Source: Raillietiella orientalis (Eukaryota). From it: a stretch of 64,000 nucleotides of DNA. Location: contig JAYWIR010000055.1 of NCBI GenBank assembly GCA_036172245.1, positions 62,001-126,000 on the forward strand, read 5' to 3'. This document shows, piece by piece, positions 62,850 to 64,000 of this stretch. Position numbers and translations under genes: made by a program. The notes below the pieces were generated by a model. That model was not told the DNA's origin, searched no databases, and saw only the letters and a program-made list of their open reading frames with translations. Position 1 is the first letter of the stretch. The number at the start of each line of letters is the position of its first letter.

Positions 62850-63460
62850 CAGTTCCATTCCCCGGATTCGAAAACCGGGATGAAAACCGGGAACTCCTTG
62901 CGGAAGGGGTTGCAGGCGAGCTTTCTGCGCACCGCCCCACTTCCGCAAGTTTCCCGACCTCTCCGTCGACTGCTCGATCATCATCGAAGTTTTGCATCGT
63001 CCGAATTTCTCTCTGGGCACGCTCGTGTTTCTCTCCAGAGCTCCCGAGAGTTGTGCTCGAACGTGATGGATGGGTTCGCAATTCAGGAAGCCCTCTCGAA
63101 ATGGAAAGTCGATCGAAAACTTCGCATTCCCTGGGAACGCGTGGAGATCATTCAAATTAGAGAGGATCTTTCGGGAAATGAGGACGTACGGTCCCCCTCA
63201 TTATCCGCCGAATGCGGTATATCATCATCATCCTGGGTGAAATCAAAGGTGGTGATCACGCCGGGCCTTGTATGTGCCCTGACAAGTGTTTATACTTTGC
63301 GTTTAGGAGGTGTTCCGAACTCGTCGCTGGGCACAAGTGTTTCGTGAAACGGCGGGCTTCTTGCGGGTGCCAAGAGGAGCTCACGAGCAAAGCCCGAGGA
63401 CTGCTTCACAGAAAGGGCGTCGGTTTTGCGCCGTTGGTTTTCCAACTGACGTTGGCCGGA
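62850..63460 (-). mobile_element. Decayed RLE-type (NeSL/R4-like) RT remnant
   Basis: YKHLSG, EGFL..FEHN (cf. QKGF..GCxEHN) and QGVP occur in order across frames. Confidence 0.35.
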
Positions 63461-64000
63461 AAAAATTCCCAAAGAAACCGTACTTTAACCGTGCCTTTGC
63501 CACTCATTTTTGGAAAGAAAAAATAAAGCAGAAAAAAGTGAGCTCGCGTAAGTGAATATTCAGACGGTGCTCCAAGAAGATTCTGAAATATTTGTTGTAC
63601 AGCCCGTAATCACCTTCAGTGAAGAAGCGATGAGTTTCCAAACTGTCTGTCGTCCCTCGACAGTGTCTTAAGCGAGGTTAAACCGAAATCGAATTGCAAG
63701 ATATGCGAGGGTGTTCAGGGTCGAAAGTGAACACCGTGGAGTTTTTTGTAGTCGAGCAAAGGGGATTTTTTCAGCCGGGAGCCGAAAATCGGGAGGCAGC
63801 GTTCGTCTCACCCACAGCGCAGTTTCCATGTATGCGTTCCGTTTGACATCAGAGGAGCGTGCATACCAAAGTTGTGATTCTTTTTTTTTTTTTTTTCCTT
63901 TTTTTACACATAAATAAACACGGAAAACAGGTGCTCTCGCCGCGGTCTTACGATAACGTGGAAAACACGAACTGTGCTGATTCCGTGGGTATCGGAAACG

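Overview
Eukaryotic genomic DNA, probably from a compact arthropod genome (the GALNT7 and eIF2-alpha motifs look arthropod-like; this is inference). Six spliced genes could be traced by hand. They are a large secreted Ser/Thr/Pro mucin- or glue-like orphan (11537-19168, -, with ~13+ copies of a 417-bp repeat, an assembly gap and a Cys9 tail), eIF2-alpha (-), a DIPK2A/DIA1-like secretory kinase (+), CFAP70/TTC18 (-, ~20 exons), GALNT7 (-) and PIGG (+). Most introns are only 38-63 nt, and several appear to use AAG acceptors. Base composition is a sharp mosaic: AT-rich, CpG-poor housekeeping genes alternate with very GC-rich blocks, and one switch falls inside CFAP70. Intergenic DNA is largely decayed transposon debris (non-LTR RT fragments, piggyBac, gypsy, CMC-like). 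Highlights: (1) 5' fragments of U2 and U6 snRNA, each ending in its pre-mRNA recognition motif, with a target-site duplication around the U6 piece; (2) an operon-like GALNT7->CFAP70 junction; (3) a strand-skew inversion centred on the mucin array; (4) an apparently identical 1.5-kb direct repeat implying a mucin paralog just left of the window. Exon boundaries and TE calls were read by eye and need RNA-seq or HMM confirmation.
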